Counted from the stretch's first letter, positions 35,731 to 44,318 are shown. The stretch: 58,672 nt of DNA from Planctomycetota bacterium (GCA_031425255.1 JANPIY010000289.1:1-58672), one strand, 5' to 3'. Notes: generated from the letters alone by a model not told the origin. Numbers and translations: made by a program.

Positions 35731-36891
35731 ATGGCGCATGCCGAACCCGCTCCCACCAAGAAGGACCGCTCCCTGGTGCTGGATCCCCTCAAGCGCTCCA
35801 ACCAGGTGTCCCGCTTCGAGGCCATGCTGCGCGAGCGGGTGATCGGCCAGATCACCGCCATCGACGCCATCCTCGACAGCTTCAGCAAGGTGCTCGCCGG
35901 CATCCGCAATCCCGAACGGCCGATCCTCACGTTGCTGTTTCTCGGACCCACCGGCGTCGGCAAGACCGAGACCGTGAAGGCGCTGGCCGAGACCATCTTC
36001 GGCAAACGCAACGCCTTCACGCGGGTGAATTGCCAGGAGTTCTCCAGCGAATTCACCGTCTCCAAGCTCTTCGGCTCGCCTCCTGGGTATGTCGGCAACG
36101 ACGTCGAGCCGATGCTGTCGCAGGACAATCTCGACAAGCACCATAAGGAAGCCCAGGCGGAAGGCCGCGGGGTGTTCGCCGAGGGCGAAGGCAAGATCGC
36201 CAAGCTCTTCCCGCAGGTGAAGTCGCACTACCTGTCGATCGTGCTGTTCGATGAAGTCGAGAAGGCGCATCCGAAATTGTGGAACGCGCTGCTCGGCCTG
36301 ATGGAGGATGGCCACCTGACCCTCGGCAATAACAAGACCGTCGATTTCACCCGCTCGGTGATCATCATCACCACCAACGTCGGTGCCGAGGAGATGAGCG
36401 CGACCTTGCGCCATCGTTCCATCGGCTTCGAGGTCCAGACCGAAGCCGAGGCGATCAACGAAGACATCAAGACCAAGGCGGTGGAGGCGGCGAAAGAGGT
36501 ATTCCCCTACGAATTCCTCAACCGCTTCGACGACATCATCTGCTTCCGCGTCCTCGGCACGCAGGACCTGCGCAAGATCCTCAATCTGATGCTGCAGGAC
36601 GTCTACAAACGTCTCCTCGGCGCCAACATGCCGATCATCCTGCACTATTCGCCGGCCTACCTCGACAAGCTCCAGGAAGAAGGAACCGACCCTCAATTCG
36701 GCGCACGTCCCATGCGCCGCGCGGTTGAACGCATGCTGGTCGCGCCGCTGTCGCGCCTGATCGCCTCCGGTCAGGTCAAAGCTGGCGACATCATCAGCGT
36801 GCGCCTGCGCAACAACGTGCCGACCTTCACTCGCGACGGTGGCGATCCGAATCCGAAGCGCATCGCTGCCGAGGCCAAGGTCCTGCGCTGA
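35731..36891 (+). CDS. Single-module AAA+ ATPase homologous to the D2 (NBD2) ring plus small domain of ClpA/ClpB
   Basis: RVIGQITAIDAI...RPILTLLFLGPTGVGKTETVKALA contains Walker A. It continues with FGSPPGYVG, SIVLFDEVEKAHPKLWNALLGLMEDGHLT (Walker B), IIITTNVG (sensor 1) and FGARPMRRAVERML (sensor 2). There is no N-domain, D1 or M-domain. Confidence 0.9.
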   Translation: MAHAEPAPTKKDRSLVLDPLKRSNQVSRFEAMLRERVIGQITAIDAILDSFSKVLAGIRNPERPILTLLFLGPTGVGKTETVKALAETIFGKRNAFTRVNCQEFSSEFTVSKLFGSPPGYVGNDVEPMLSQDNLDKHHKEAQAEGRGVFAEGEGKIAKLFPQVKSHYLSIVLFDEVEKAHPKLWNALLGLMEDGHLTLGNNKTVDFTRSVIIITTNVGAEEMSATLRHRSIGFEVQTEAEAINEDIKTKAVEAAKEVFPYEFLNRFDDIICFRVLGTQDLRKILNLMLQDVYKRLLGANMPIILHYSPAYLDKLQEEGTDPQFGARPMRRAVERMLVAPLSRLIASGQVKAGDIISVRLRNNVPTFTRDGGDPNPKRIAAEAKVLR

Positions 36892-37213
36892 GCACTAGCA
36901 CCTCCGCCATCCGCTATCCGCTATCGGCGCTTTTCATCCACTCGAGGAAGTGACTTTCGCGACTGGTGGCCGCGGCGCTGATGACGGGCGTGAGGCGGCT
37001 TTGATCCGAAGAGCGCAGGTTCTTGCACTTTCCTGTCTATTCATGGGCATGAACGCTACCGCTTCGAGTAGTCGTCAGTACCAGAACTCGAATACTCTGC
37101 TATTCGGCTCTCTCAACACCCTCGCGGTCGAGGCGTTCCACGCGGTCAGCTCTCATCTGTTGGAAGCGGGCCGGTGTCCGGTTCATCAATACCTGTGAGT
37201 CTATTAAAGCACC

Positions 37214-38917
37214 ATGAGCCGTCGGCCCCCTCGTCTGCGCTGGTCCACCGGCGCCTTCACCCTTTTTGAGGTCGCTCTCAGCCTCGCGCTGGTTTCGATC
37301 GGAATCATCAGCGTGCTGATGCTGATGCCGATGGGCATCAAGGCGCAGCAGCTCTCACGTTATCAGCTCCTCGCTGCGGCCAAGGCCATCGACATCATGT
37401 CGGTCAACACCAATCAATGGCGCAAATGGGATAAGCAGCGTCTGGAAGCCAGCACGCTGGGGGCGAACACCATCAATACTGTCGCGCATGCGCCGCTGGC
37501 GGAGCAGAAGGCCAGCAACTGGCGGCACGGCTGCCTCCCGCTGCCACCGGAGATCGCCCGCCGCCTCGACAGCGCGAACGACGAGATCTCGCGCATCCTC
37601 GCCGAGGGCGGCACCCTTTTCTATGCCAGCCCACGACCGAACTCCTCGATCGCCGAAGGCGACCTCGTGCTCGACGATCGCGCGCTACCGAACGAATCCT
37701 CACGGCTGGTCTTCGCCTTCATCGGCCACGCCCAGCAGTACGCCCTGGTGAACCATCCGCTCAAGGCCTGGCCATATTACGACTGGTACCCGACCCCCCC
37801 ACGTGGTCGGCCGGGGTCGTCGACGCGTTCCTCGCGACACGAGGATGCCTGGGTCCTGGGCAATTGGGCGGCGCGCACGGAATTCAGGGCCGTGGTCACC
37901 AAGTGGCAGTCATTTCCTCCGGCGCCGGCGGTGCCCCTGCTGAGCGACGTGCTGGCCTACCGCGATCTGACCAAGGCCCTGGTCCTCGCCCTCAGCATGC
38001 CCGTCGAGAGTGGTGGCGTTCCCAGGCCCCCCACTGGTGACGCCCATCTCACGGTGGAGCCGGCCAAGGTATTGGCGGCGAGTTATGTGGCGCAGGCGAT
38101 GGCCTGGTTGACGTCGACCTCGTTCAGCCCGGCACCTCCGGCGGCGGACATGGCCCTCTATCGCGAAGAGGCCGCACGCGCGCATGAATCCTCGCTCGCC
38201 TGGATCCGCCGCTACGCCAGCACCAATCCCTACGATTGGGGCCTCGACCGTCCGCTGAATTTCCAGAGCGCCTGGGACCATCCTCTGCTGCAGGCGGAGC
38301 TGTTCGCGAGTACTGCCGCCACCGCGGTCGCGACGCCGCAACCCGGGCCGAATGGCGATGTCGCCTGGCGGATCCTGGGACCGCGTTCCAGCGTGACCAA
38401 TCTGAATTGCGCCAGTTCGTTCCCCTTTGCCACCTCCGGTGATGCGAAGGCGAGCCATGAGCGCAACGTTGCCAATCTGCCGCTGAGCTTCGGTGATCCT
38501 TCGACCTTTAACCTCACCGCCAAGTTCGCGGCCTACGAGCGCTGCCGGCAACTGGTGTTCTGGGCAGTCGACTGGCAGAGTTACGAGGACTTCGAGGCCG
38601 CCCCCAGCGCGGCGATCGATGCCGGCAAGTTCGCTCACGATTCGGCCGGCAGCGTCGCCTACAACAACGGCGCGCACAAATTCGGCAATCCGGAGGTGTT
38701 CTTCGTCTTCGGCAATGCCACCCGCACCACCATTCCGGCCAATCAGGGGGCTGCCCTGGGCAACCGCGGGATATTCCTCGGCATCCATGGCGCGGACCGC
38801 AATGGCAATGGCGTCTACGATCGGGGCCCGACGCCGCCGTCCGTGCGCATGCGCGCCACCGTCGTCGGACGCTTCAACTTCTACAATCCCCGCGTGTGGT
38901 GCGGGCTGAAAAACTGA
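37214..38917 (+). CDS. Large (567 aa) pseudopilin-like protein with prepilin-type N-terminus
   Basis: The N-terminus MSRRPPRLRWSTGAFTLFEVALSLALVSIGIISVLMLM is a class-III signal-like motif (A|FTLFE). I did not recognise the remainder. Confidence 0.8.
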   Translation: MSRRPPRLRWSTGAFTLFEVALSLALVSIGIISVLMLMPMGIKAQQLSRYQLLAAAKAIDIMSVNTNQWRKWDKQRLEASTLGANTINTVAHAPLAEQKASNWRHGCLPLPPEIARRLDSANDEISRILAEGGTLFYASPRPNSSIAEGDLVLDDRALPNESSRLVFAFIGHAQQYALVNHPLKAWPYYDWYPTPPRGRPGSSTRSSRHEDAWVLGNWAARTEFRAVVTKWQSFPPAPAVPLLSDVLAYRDLTKALVLALSMPVESGGVPRPPTGDAHLTVEPAKVLAASYVAQAMAWLTSTSFSPAPPAADMALYREEAARAHESSLAWIRRYASTNPYDWGLDRPLNFQSAWDHPLLQAELFASTAATAVATPQPGPNGDVAWRILGPRSSVTNLNCASSFPFATSGDAKASHERNVANLPLSFGDPSTFNLTAKFAAYERCRQLVFWAVDWQSYEDFEAAPSAAIDAGKFAHDSAGSVAYNNGAHKFGNPEVFFVFGNATRTTIPANQGAALGNRGIFLGIHGADRNGNGVYDRGPTPPSVRMRATVVGRFNFYNPRVWCGLKN

Positions 38918-38927
38918 CGGAGGCCAC

Positions 38928-39920
38928 ATGCGCCCACGCTCCGCCTTCACCCTCCTGGAATTGATGATCGCCATCACCCTGTCGATGCTGGTGATCTACA
39001 GCGCCTTCGCCGCTTTAAGGGTCGCCACCCAGACCCTGACGGTGTGCAACCGCTTATCCGCAGAGAACAATCTCCTGCGCACCGGTTTCCTTGCGGCGCT
39101 GGAGGATCTCGATCATTGGACCACCTATGATGATCCCCACGACGAGGCGGCGCAGCCGCTACGGGCCCCCGGCCTGCCGTTCGCCAGGCTGACCTACGAT
39201 CCCGATTTCCGCCCGGATCGCCCGAAGACGTGGTGGCGGAATTTCGGCTATGCCTCGAACAGTAAACGCTGGGGAAGCTACGACCTGTTTTCGCGCACGG
39301 ATCACAACCTCAGGGAACGCGCCTGGTTGCCGGTCCAGATGCACGATATCAATCGCGACATCGGCCATTACGCCCTCGTCGACTACCTGCCGGGCAACAC
39401 CATCTTCAGCTACTTCGAAGCCAATGGCCGGGTACCCGACGAGTTCGTCAAGGTCGACACGCCTGCGAACGCCATGCCACCACCACGTGCGTACAGTTCC
39501 CAGCGCCCGAGCGGTACCGCCGCCGATACGCCCAAGGACATCTGGGCGCTGACTCATCACACCACCTTCTGCGTGACCACCAGCGACTTCTATCGCAACG
39601 CGGGCTACAACCGTTTCCGCTTCCATCAGAGCGCGCCCGCGCCCTGGCGTTATCGCGACCTGCAGAAGGACTGCCGCGAGACCCGCTGGCTGATGGCGCA
39701 GAACCAGCGTCCGGCGCAATGGCCGACGCTGTCGACCGACGTCCGCCGCTACGTGGTCTGGAGCCACAACATGGACGTCTGCACGGTGGAGATCAACAGC
39801 CCCATCACCGGCCAGAGCACGCGATTCTCCTTCTGGGCCATCGGTACCACCCTGCGTGGCGCCCGTCAGCAACGTGGACTCGACACTTGGCGTTTCGACC
39901 CCGAGGCGACCGCGCCATGA
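38928..39920 (+). CDS. Pseudopilin-like protein with prepilin-type N-terminal cleavage/methylation motif
   Basis: MRPRSAFTLLELMIAITLSMLVIYSAFAAL. GGAGG lies 4 nt upstream of the ATG and 10 nt after the previous stop. Confidence 0.85.
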   Translation: MRPRSAFTLLELMIAITLSMLVIYSAFAALRVATQTLTVCNRLSAENNLLRTGFLAALEDLDHWTTYDDPHDEAAQPLRAPGLPFARLTYDPDFRPDRPKTWWRNFGYASNSKRWGSYDLFSRTDHNLRERAWLPVQMHDINRDIGHYALVDYLPGNTIFSYFEANGRVPDEFVKVDTPANAMPPPRAYSSQRPSGTAADTPKDIWALTHHTTFCVTTSDFYRNAGYNRFRFHQSAPAPWRYRDLQKDCRETRWLMAQNQRPAQWPTLSTDVRRYVVWSHNMDVCTVEINSPITGQSTRFSFWAIGTTLRGARQQRGLDTWRFDPEATAP

Positions 39921-40849
39921 GCCCTCGTCGTGGCAGCACCCTCATCGTGGTCGCCGGGATCTCCGCACTGTTCCTCAGCCTCAGCCTGGTGTTCATCACG
40001 CGCATGCGCAGCGACGCCGCGGAATCGCAGATGGTCCAGCAGGAGGCGCAGGCGCGCTTGATGCTGAATGCCGCCCTGCATTACATCCAGGAATCCTCAC
40101 GCCTCGGCTGGGACGATCCCGATACGCCGGAGCATGAGGAGGCCTTCGGCTGGGTCGACATCCGCAACGGGAAGACCGGACCGCGCAGTGCGCTCGACCG
40201 CGATCTGGCCATCGATGACGAGACCCACGCACCGCTCACGGCTCATTTCCCCGTTCCCGGTTTCAGTGCGCGTTGTCCGATGTTCATGCTCGAACGTCCA
40301 CCGTATGCCCTGCGCACGGCCTACGCCTACAACCCGGCTCCGCGCGATGCGACTCCGGGCTGGGCCGAACTGGTATCGATGGCCAAGCCGGATCCGCAGC
40401 CGGCCGCCAGCACCTGGAGCGATTTCGCCGCTGGCGATCCGCGCCCGCGCATGGAATCCCTCGACCTCTCGTGGTTCCGCGCCTATCGGCATGTCGATGA
40501 TCCGGGAACCCCGCAGGACGAGCGTGCGACCTTCACCATCACCTGCGGTGCGGGCGCGACCCATGGCTTCCGTGATTGGGACGAGGTCGTGCAGGAGCGC
40601 GCGACCGCTGAATTCGGCAACGATCCGTCGCTGTTCTACGCGCTGCGCAATCAGGAGCGTCTGTTGTTCTACCGCGCCGAATGGACCTCCGCGGTGGGCG
40701 GTTCCTCGGCGGTGGCGCGCGCCAGCGATTCCTATGATCAGGTTCCGGTGAACGGCACCGGCGAAGGCTGGTGGTCGGTGCGCGGATTCGTCGGCAGCTT
40801 CCTCTACATCGAACGGCTAGACCACCAACCACAGGGAAATGCGTGGTGA
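39917..40849 (+). CDS. GspK/PilX-like minor pseudopilin-like protein (hydrophobic N-terminus without Glu5)
   Basis: MSPRRGSTLIVVAGISALFLSLSLVFI resembles the RG(S/V)ALIxVL start of GspK-type subunits. Its ATG overlaps the previous stop (ATGA at 39917-39920). The ORF track opens earlier, at 39719. Confidence 0.75.
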   Translation: MSPRRGSTLIVVAGISALFLSLSLVFITRMRSDAAESQMVQQEAQARLMLNAALHYIQESSRLGWDDPDTPEHEEAFGWVDIRNGKTGPRSALDRDLAIDDETHAPLTAHFPVPGFSARCPMFMLERPPYALRTAYAYNPAPRDATPGWAELVSMAKPDPQPAASTWSDFAAGDPRPRMESLDLSWFRAYRHVDDPGTPQDERATFTITCGAGATHGFRDWDEVVQERATAEFGNDPSLFYALRNQERLLFYRAEWTSAVGGSSAVARASDSYDQVPVNGTGEGWWSVRGFVGSFLYIERLDHQPQGNAW

Positions 40850-40894
40850 CGGTCGGCTGCCAGGCGTGACGTCAGGGCGTCCTGCTCATCGCCA

Positions 40895-42154
40895 CTATTC
40901 TGGTACCGGCGTCGGCACCCGTCGGCTGCCCATCGCGCGGTAGGTCGCACTCTCCGTGCCGGCAGCCTGCTTGCTGCGCCGAGCGGTGGTGCGCAGGAAA
41001 CCCTCGGCTCCTCCATCATCGGACATCACCACCCGGTCGCGTCCCGCCGCCTTGGCCTGATACAGCGCGGCATCGGCCCGCGCCACCAGGCTGAGGGCGG
41101 TCTCGTCCTGATGGCAGGCGGCCACCCCGATCGATACCGTCACGTGCTTGGGCAGGGAGGCCAAGGCCGCCACCGCTTCACGCAGACGCTCGGCCACCTG
41201 CAGCGCGCCCGCCGGTGGCGTGTCGGGCAAAATGACCAGGAATTCCTCGCCACCATGCCGAGAGACCAGGTCGCCGGTCCGCAGGTGATCGGTGAGGACG
41301 CGCCCGACGGCCGTCAGCACCTGATCGCCGGCGGCGTGACCGAACTCGTCATTGATGGTCTTGAACCAATCGATGTCGACCATCGCCACCGACACCACTT
41401 CGCCGGCATCGCACAGTTCAGCCAGACGGGTGTCGCCATACCAGCGACGATGGGCGCCGGTGAGCGGATCCAGACGCGCCAGCGACTGCAGGCTCCCGTA
41501 CAACACCACGCGGCGCAGCGACAACGAGAGCTGGGTCCGCAGGACTTCGGCGACATAGCGCTGATCGGCCGGCGAACGTCCCGCCAGGCTCGGCTGCTGA
41601 CGGGCGTGACGTAGAATCAGCGCGGCCTGGCCATCGACCCCTGGACTCAGATCGAGCACCAGGTCGCCACCCATCTGCTCCGGCAGCAGCACCGGACCGG
41701 TGAGCGTCGGGACCTCGCCGGCGGTGGGTGCTCCCAGCGCGCGCCAGGAACCTTTTTCCCACACCACCAGATCGACGGCGGTACAGGCCCAATAACGCCG
41801 CATGGCCGCCGCGAAGCGGTGACGCGCGTCGACCTCATCGACGCAGCCGACCAGTTCGGCGCTGACCTCGAATACACCACGTTGGAGTTCCTGCGCGTCC
41901 TCCAGCACCGCCAGTTCCTCGTTGATGCCCTTGCGCTTGATCTCGAGCAGGCGCGGATCGGCGGCCAACGCGACGGTGCGTGTGCCGCTGTGGAGGTGTG
42001 GTCTGGTCCCACCCACGGCCAGGACGCCACCGACGATGGCAACCAGCCCAGGCAGCAGGGCCCACCACTGCACGGTCGTGCCGGTGAGCATCAGCCAGCC
42101 GGCGACGGCAGTGGTCGCCAATGCCGGCACGATCCCCATCACCAGGTGGTTCAT
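40895..42154 (-). CDS. Diguanylate cyclase (2 TM-sensor region-GGDEF), with RxxD I-site
   Basis: I start it at the ATG at 42154 (MNHLVMGIVPALATTAVAGWLML). The GGDEF domain reads DPLTGAHRRWY...DIDWFKTINDEFGHAAGD...RTGDLVSRHGGEEF. The upstream 125 codons of the ORF track are Arg-rich junk overlapping the next gene. Confidence 0.9.
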   Translation of the reverse strand: MNHLVMGIVPALATTAVAGWLMLTGTTVQWWALLPGLVAIVGGVLAVGGTRPHLHSGTRTVALAADPRLLEIKRKGINEELAVLEDAQELQRGVFEVSAELVGCVDEVDARHRFAAAMRRYWACTAVDLVVWEKGSWRALGAPTAGEVPTLTGPVLLPEQMGGDLVLDLSPGVDGQAALILRHARQQPSLAGRSPADQRYVAEVLRTQLSLSLRRVVLYGSLQSLARLDPLTGAHRRWYGDTRLAELCDAGEVVSVAMVDIDWFKTINDEFGHAAGDQVLTAVGRVLTDHLRTGDLVSRHGGEEFLVILPDTPPAGALQVAERLREAVAALASLPKHVTVSIGVAACHQDETALSLVARADAALYQAKAAGRDRVVMSDDGGAEGFLRTTARRSKQAAGTESATYRAMGSRRVPTPVPE

Positions 42155-43464
42155 GGCGCCACCTCGACGCCATTGCGGCCCGCGGCCTTGGCGGCGTAAC
42201 AGGCGGCATCGGCACGTTCGAGCGCGGCGCGCGGGGTCTCCTGGCCGGTCATCACCGCTACGCCGAGGGAGGCGGTCACGCGCGCGGTGGCGTCGCCGAC
42301 CATCACCGCCTCGCCCGCGATCGAGGTGCACACGGCTTTGGCGATGAGCAGCACGCGGGCGAGCGGCCGGCCGACGATGATGGCGGCAAACTCCTCCCCG
42401 CCGTAGCGGCAGATGATGGCGTCTTCCGGCAGCACCCGCGTGAGCGTCGCGGCGACCTGGCGCAGCGCCGCATCGCCGGCTGGATGGCCGAACTGATCGT
42501 TGAAGCGCTTGAGGTGGTCCATGTCGCACATGATGAGTCCGAGCTCGATGCCCTGGCGTCGGCAGGCCGCGGCCTGTTCGTCGAGGCGGCGGAGGAACTC
42601 GTGCTGCCCGAACAGGCCGGTGAGATCGTCGTGCAGAGCCAAGGAGCGCGCCTGGTTGACCAGATCGACGGCCGCCAAGCCCAGGCCGCCGAGGCGACCG
42701 AGCGCGCTCAGCAGCTCCAGCACCAGACGGTCGCCGACGTCATCGCTGACCAGGAGCACTTCCAGTACGCCGCGCAAGGTGTCGTTGGTCTCGCCCTGAC
42801 GGCGGTCGCCACGTAGTGGGATCAGCAGATGCACCGCGCGTCCTTGACGGCGGATCAGCGGTCGGGCCTCGCTGGCGACATAATGCTGATCCTCGCCGGC
42901 AGCCTTCGGACAGGGTTTGCCCGCTGCATCGGCCGAGGCGAGGCACTCCTGGCGGGCATTGGTCCCTAGAAAAACCCGCACTTCGGTGATGCCGGGCAAG
43001 AGGTCGCGGGTGCGCTCGCACAGCACTTGTGCGAACTGGCCGAGCTCGCGCACCACCGACAGCTCCAGACAGGCTTCGAGCAAGGTCGGGTAGCGTTGGA
43101 TGTGGCGGTGCAGCAGGGTGCGCTCGTGTTCGGCGTCGCGCAGTTCGGCGCGCAATTCCCGTAATTGTTCCGGAGCGACCGTGGCGGCATGGCGGGCGAA
43201 CGCGATCAGCCCGATCAGCGCCGCCGTGCTCCAACCCGCCAACGCGACCCAGCCACCGCCCGGCAGCAGGGCCAGGGCCGGCGCGAGCAGCAGTACCGCC
43301 GGACGGCCGAGGTGCGGCCAGGCGCTCGCCGTCCACAAACCGCACAAGACCACGGCGAGCCAACCGCCGCCATCCGCCGCCAGCAGGGCCAATGCCGCGC
43401 CAGCACCAGAGCCGAGGCATAGCCCCGCCAGTGAACCTATCGACAGATGGAGGCTGCGCGCCAT
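42151..43464 (-). CDS. Diguanylate cyclase (multi-TM-GAF-like region-GGDEF), no RxxD I-site
   Basis: 437 aa with ...DDLTGLFGQHEF...DMDHLKRFNDQFGHPAGD...PEDAIICRYGGEEF. Its stop overlaps the start of the downstream cyclase (ATGA at 42151-42154). Confidence 0.9.
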   Translation of the reverse strand: MARSLHLSIGSLAGLCLGSGAGAALALLAADGGGWLAVVLCGLWTASAWPHLGRPAVLLLAPALALLPGGGWVALAGWSTAALIGLIAFARHAATVAPEQLRELRAELRDAEHERTLLHRHIQRYPTLLEACLELSVVRELGQFAQVLCERTRDLLPGITEVRVFLGTNARQECLASADAAGKPCPKAAGEDQHYVASEARPLIRRQGRAVHLLIPLRGDRRQGETNDTLRGVLEVLLVSDDVGDRLVLELLSALGRLGGLGLAAVDLVNQARSLALHDDLTGLFGQHEFLRRLDEQAAACRRQGIELGLIMCDMDHLKRFNDQFGHPAGDAALRQVAATLTRVLPEDAIICRYGGEEFAAIIVGRPLARVLLIAKAVCTSIAGEAVMVGDATARVTASLGVAVMTGQETPRAALERADAACYAAKAAGRNGVEVAP

Positions 43465-43596
43465 CAGCGCATGCTCGCGACGTGGATGCGATCAGGCAAG
43501 CCCGAGCCTGCCAACTTGCGGAGTACGCTGCCGGCGATGCTGCGATTGCCGGAAATACCTCGCGGACTAGGCTGCCGCCGCACCGCAGGAGCATCC

Positions 43597-44181
43597 ATGT
43601 CGCGCATCGCCACGGTCACCCGCACGACCAAAGAGACCGACATCACCGTGACCTGGGATTTCGACCACGCCGCCCCCGCGCAGGTGTCGACCGGCATCGG
43701 CTTCCTCGACCACATGCTCGACGCGCTGGGAAAACACTCCGGCACCTCCTTGCAGGTCCGCTGCAAGGGCGACCTGCACATCGATGGCCACCACACCACC
43801 GAGGACGTCGGCATCGTCATGGGCCAATGCCTGAAGCAGGCGCTGGGCGACCGCATCGGCATCGAACGGTTCGGCCACCTCGCGTGTCCGCTGGATGAGG
43901 CCCTGGTCACCGCCACGGTCGACATCAGTGGTCGCCCCTACCTGGTCTACGACCTCCAGCCCGAGGCGGCGATGCTCGGCACCTGGGCGGTGGAACTGGT
44001 CCCCGAATTCTTCGGCGGCCTGACCGACCACGCGCGCATCTGCCTGCACCTACACCAGCTCGCCGGCCGCAATACGCACCACATCGTCGAGGCGGCCTTC
44101 AAGGCCACCGCGCGCGCGCTCCGTCAGGCGATCAAGGTGACGGGGACGGAACTGCCGTCGACGAAGGGCTTGCTGGGCTGA
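43597..44181 (+). CDS. hisB: Imidazoleglycerol-phosphate dehydratase
   Basis: MSRIATVTRTTKETDI...TGIGFLDHML...DLHIDGHHTTEDVGI...NTHHIVEAAFKA are the IGPD signature motifs. The ORF opens at 43447. Confidence 0.95.
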   Translation: MSRIATVTRTTKETDITVTWDFDHAAPAQVSTGIGFLDHMLDALGKHSGTSLQVRCKGDLHIDGHHTTEDVGIVMGQCLKQALGDRIGIERFGHLACPLDEALVTATVDISGRPYLVYDLQPEAAMLGTWAVELVPEFFGGLTDHARICLHLHQLAGRNTHHIVEAAFKATARALRQAIKVTGTELPSTKGLLG

Positions 44182-44206
44182 TCACGCAGTGACGGCCGAC
44201 AGCCGG

Positions 44207-44277
44207 ATATTCACCACTGAGTTCACAGAGCGCACAGAGGAAGGCATGCTCCGCTCTGTGAGCTCTGTGGTGAATAT
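44207..44277. terminator. 71-nt imperfect inverted repeat between convergent hisB and a hypothetical gene (bidirectional terminator-like)
   Basis: The left arm is ATATTCACCACTGAGTTCACAGAGCG. The reverse complement of the right arm is ATATTCACCACAGAGCTCACAGAGCG, matching at 24 of 26 positions. The loop contains GCATGC. The element is AT-richer than its surroundings. Confidence 0.55.
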
Positions 44278-44318
44278 CTCTTCGACTGTCCACTGTCGCT
44301 GACCGACCGTCGGCCCGA

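Noticed and set aside
36950-37198. 82-aa ORF (or a 51-aa version from the ATG at 37043) ending 15 nt before the first pseudopilin gene.
   Set aside because: Third-position G+C is about 68% by my count, well below neighbouring genes. I see no SD or motif, and the composition is not protein-like at the N-terminus. It might be a small leader peptide, but I cannot support it from sequence alone.
36892-37213. A c-di-GMP (GEMM) or other riboswitch in the long lower-GC leader of the pseudopilin operon.
   Set aside because: I could not find the conserved GEMM-I/II core sequences or a convincing multi-stem fold by eye. Only a covariance-model scan could exclude it.
42155-42529. N-terminal 125 codons of ORF 40895..42529.
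   Set aside because: This part is Arg-rich junk overlapping the 3' end of the upstream cyclase. The ATG at 42154 gives a normal TM start and a 4-nt ATGA coupling.
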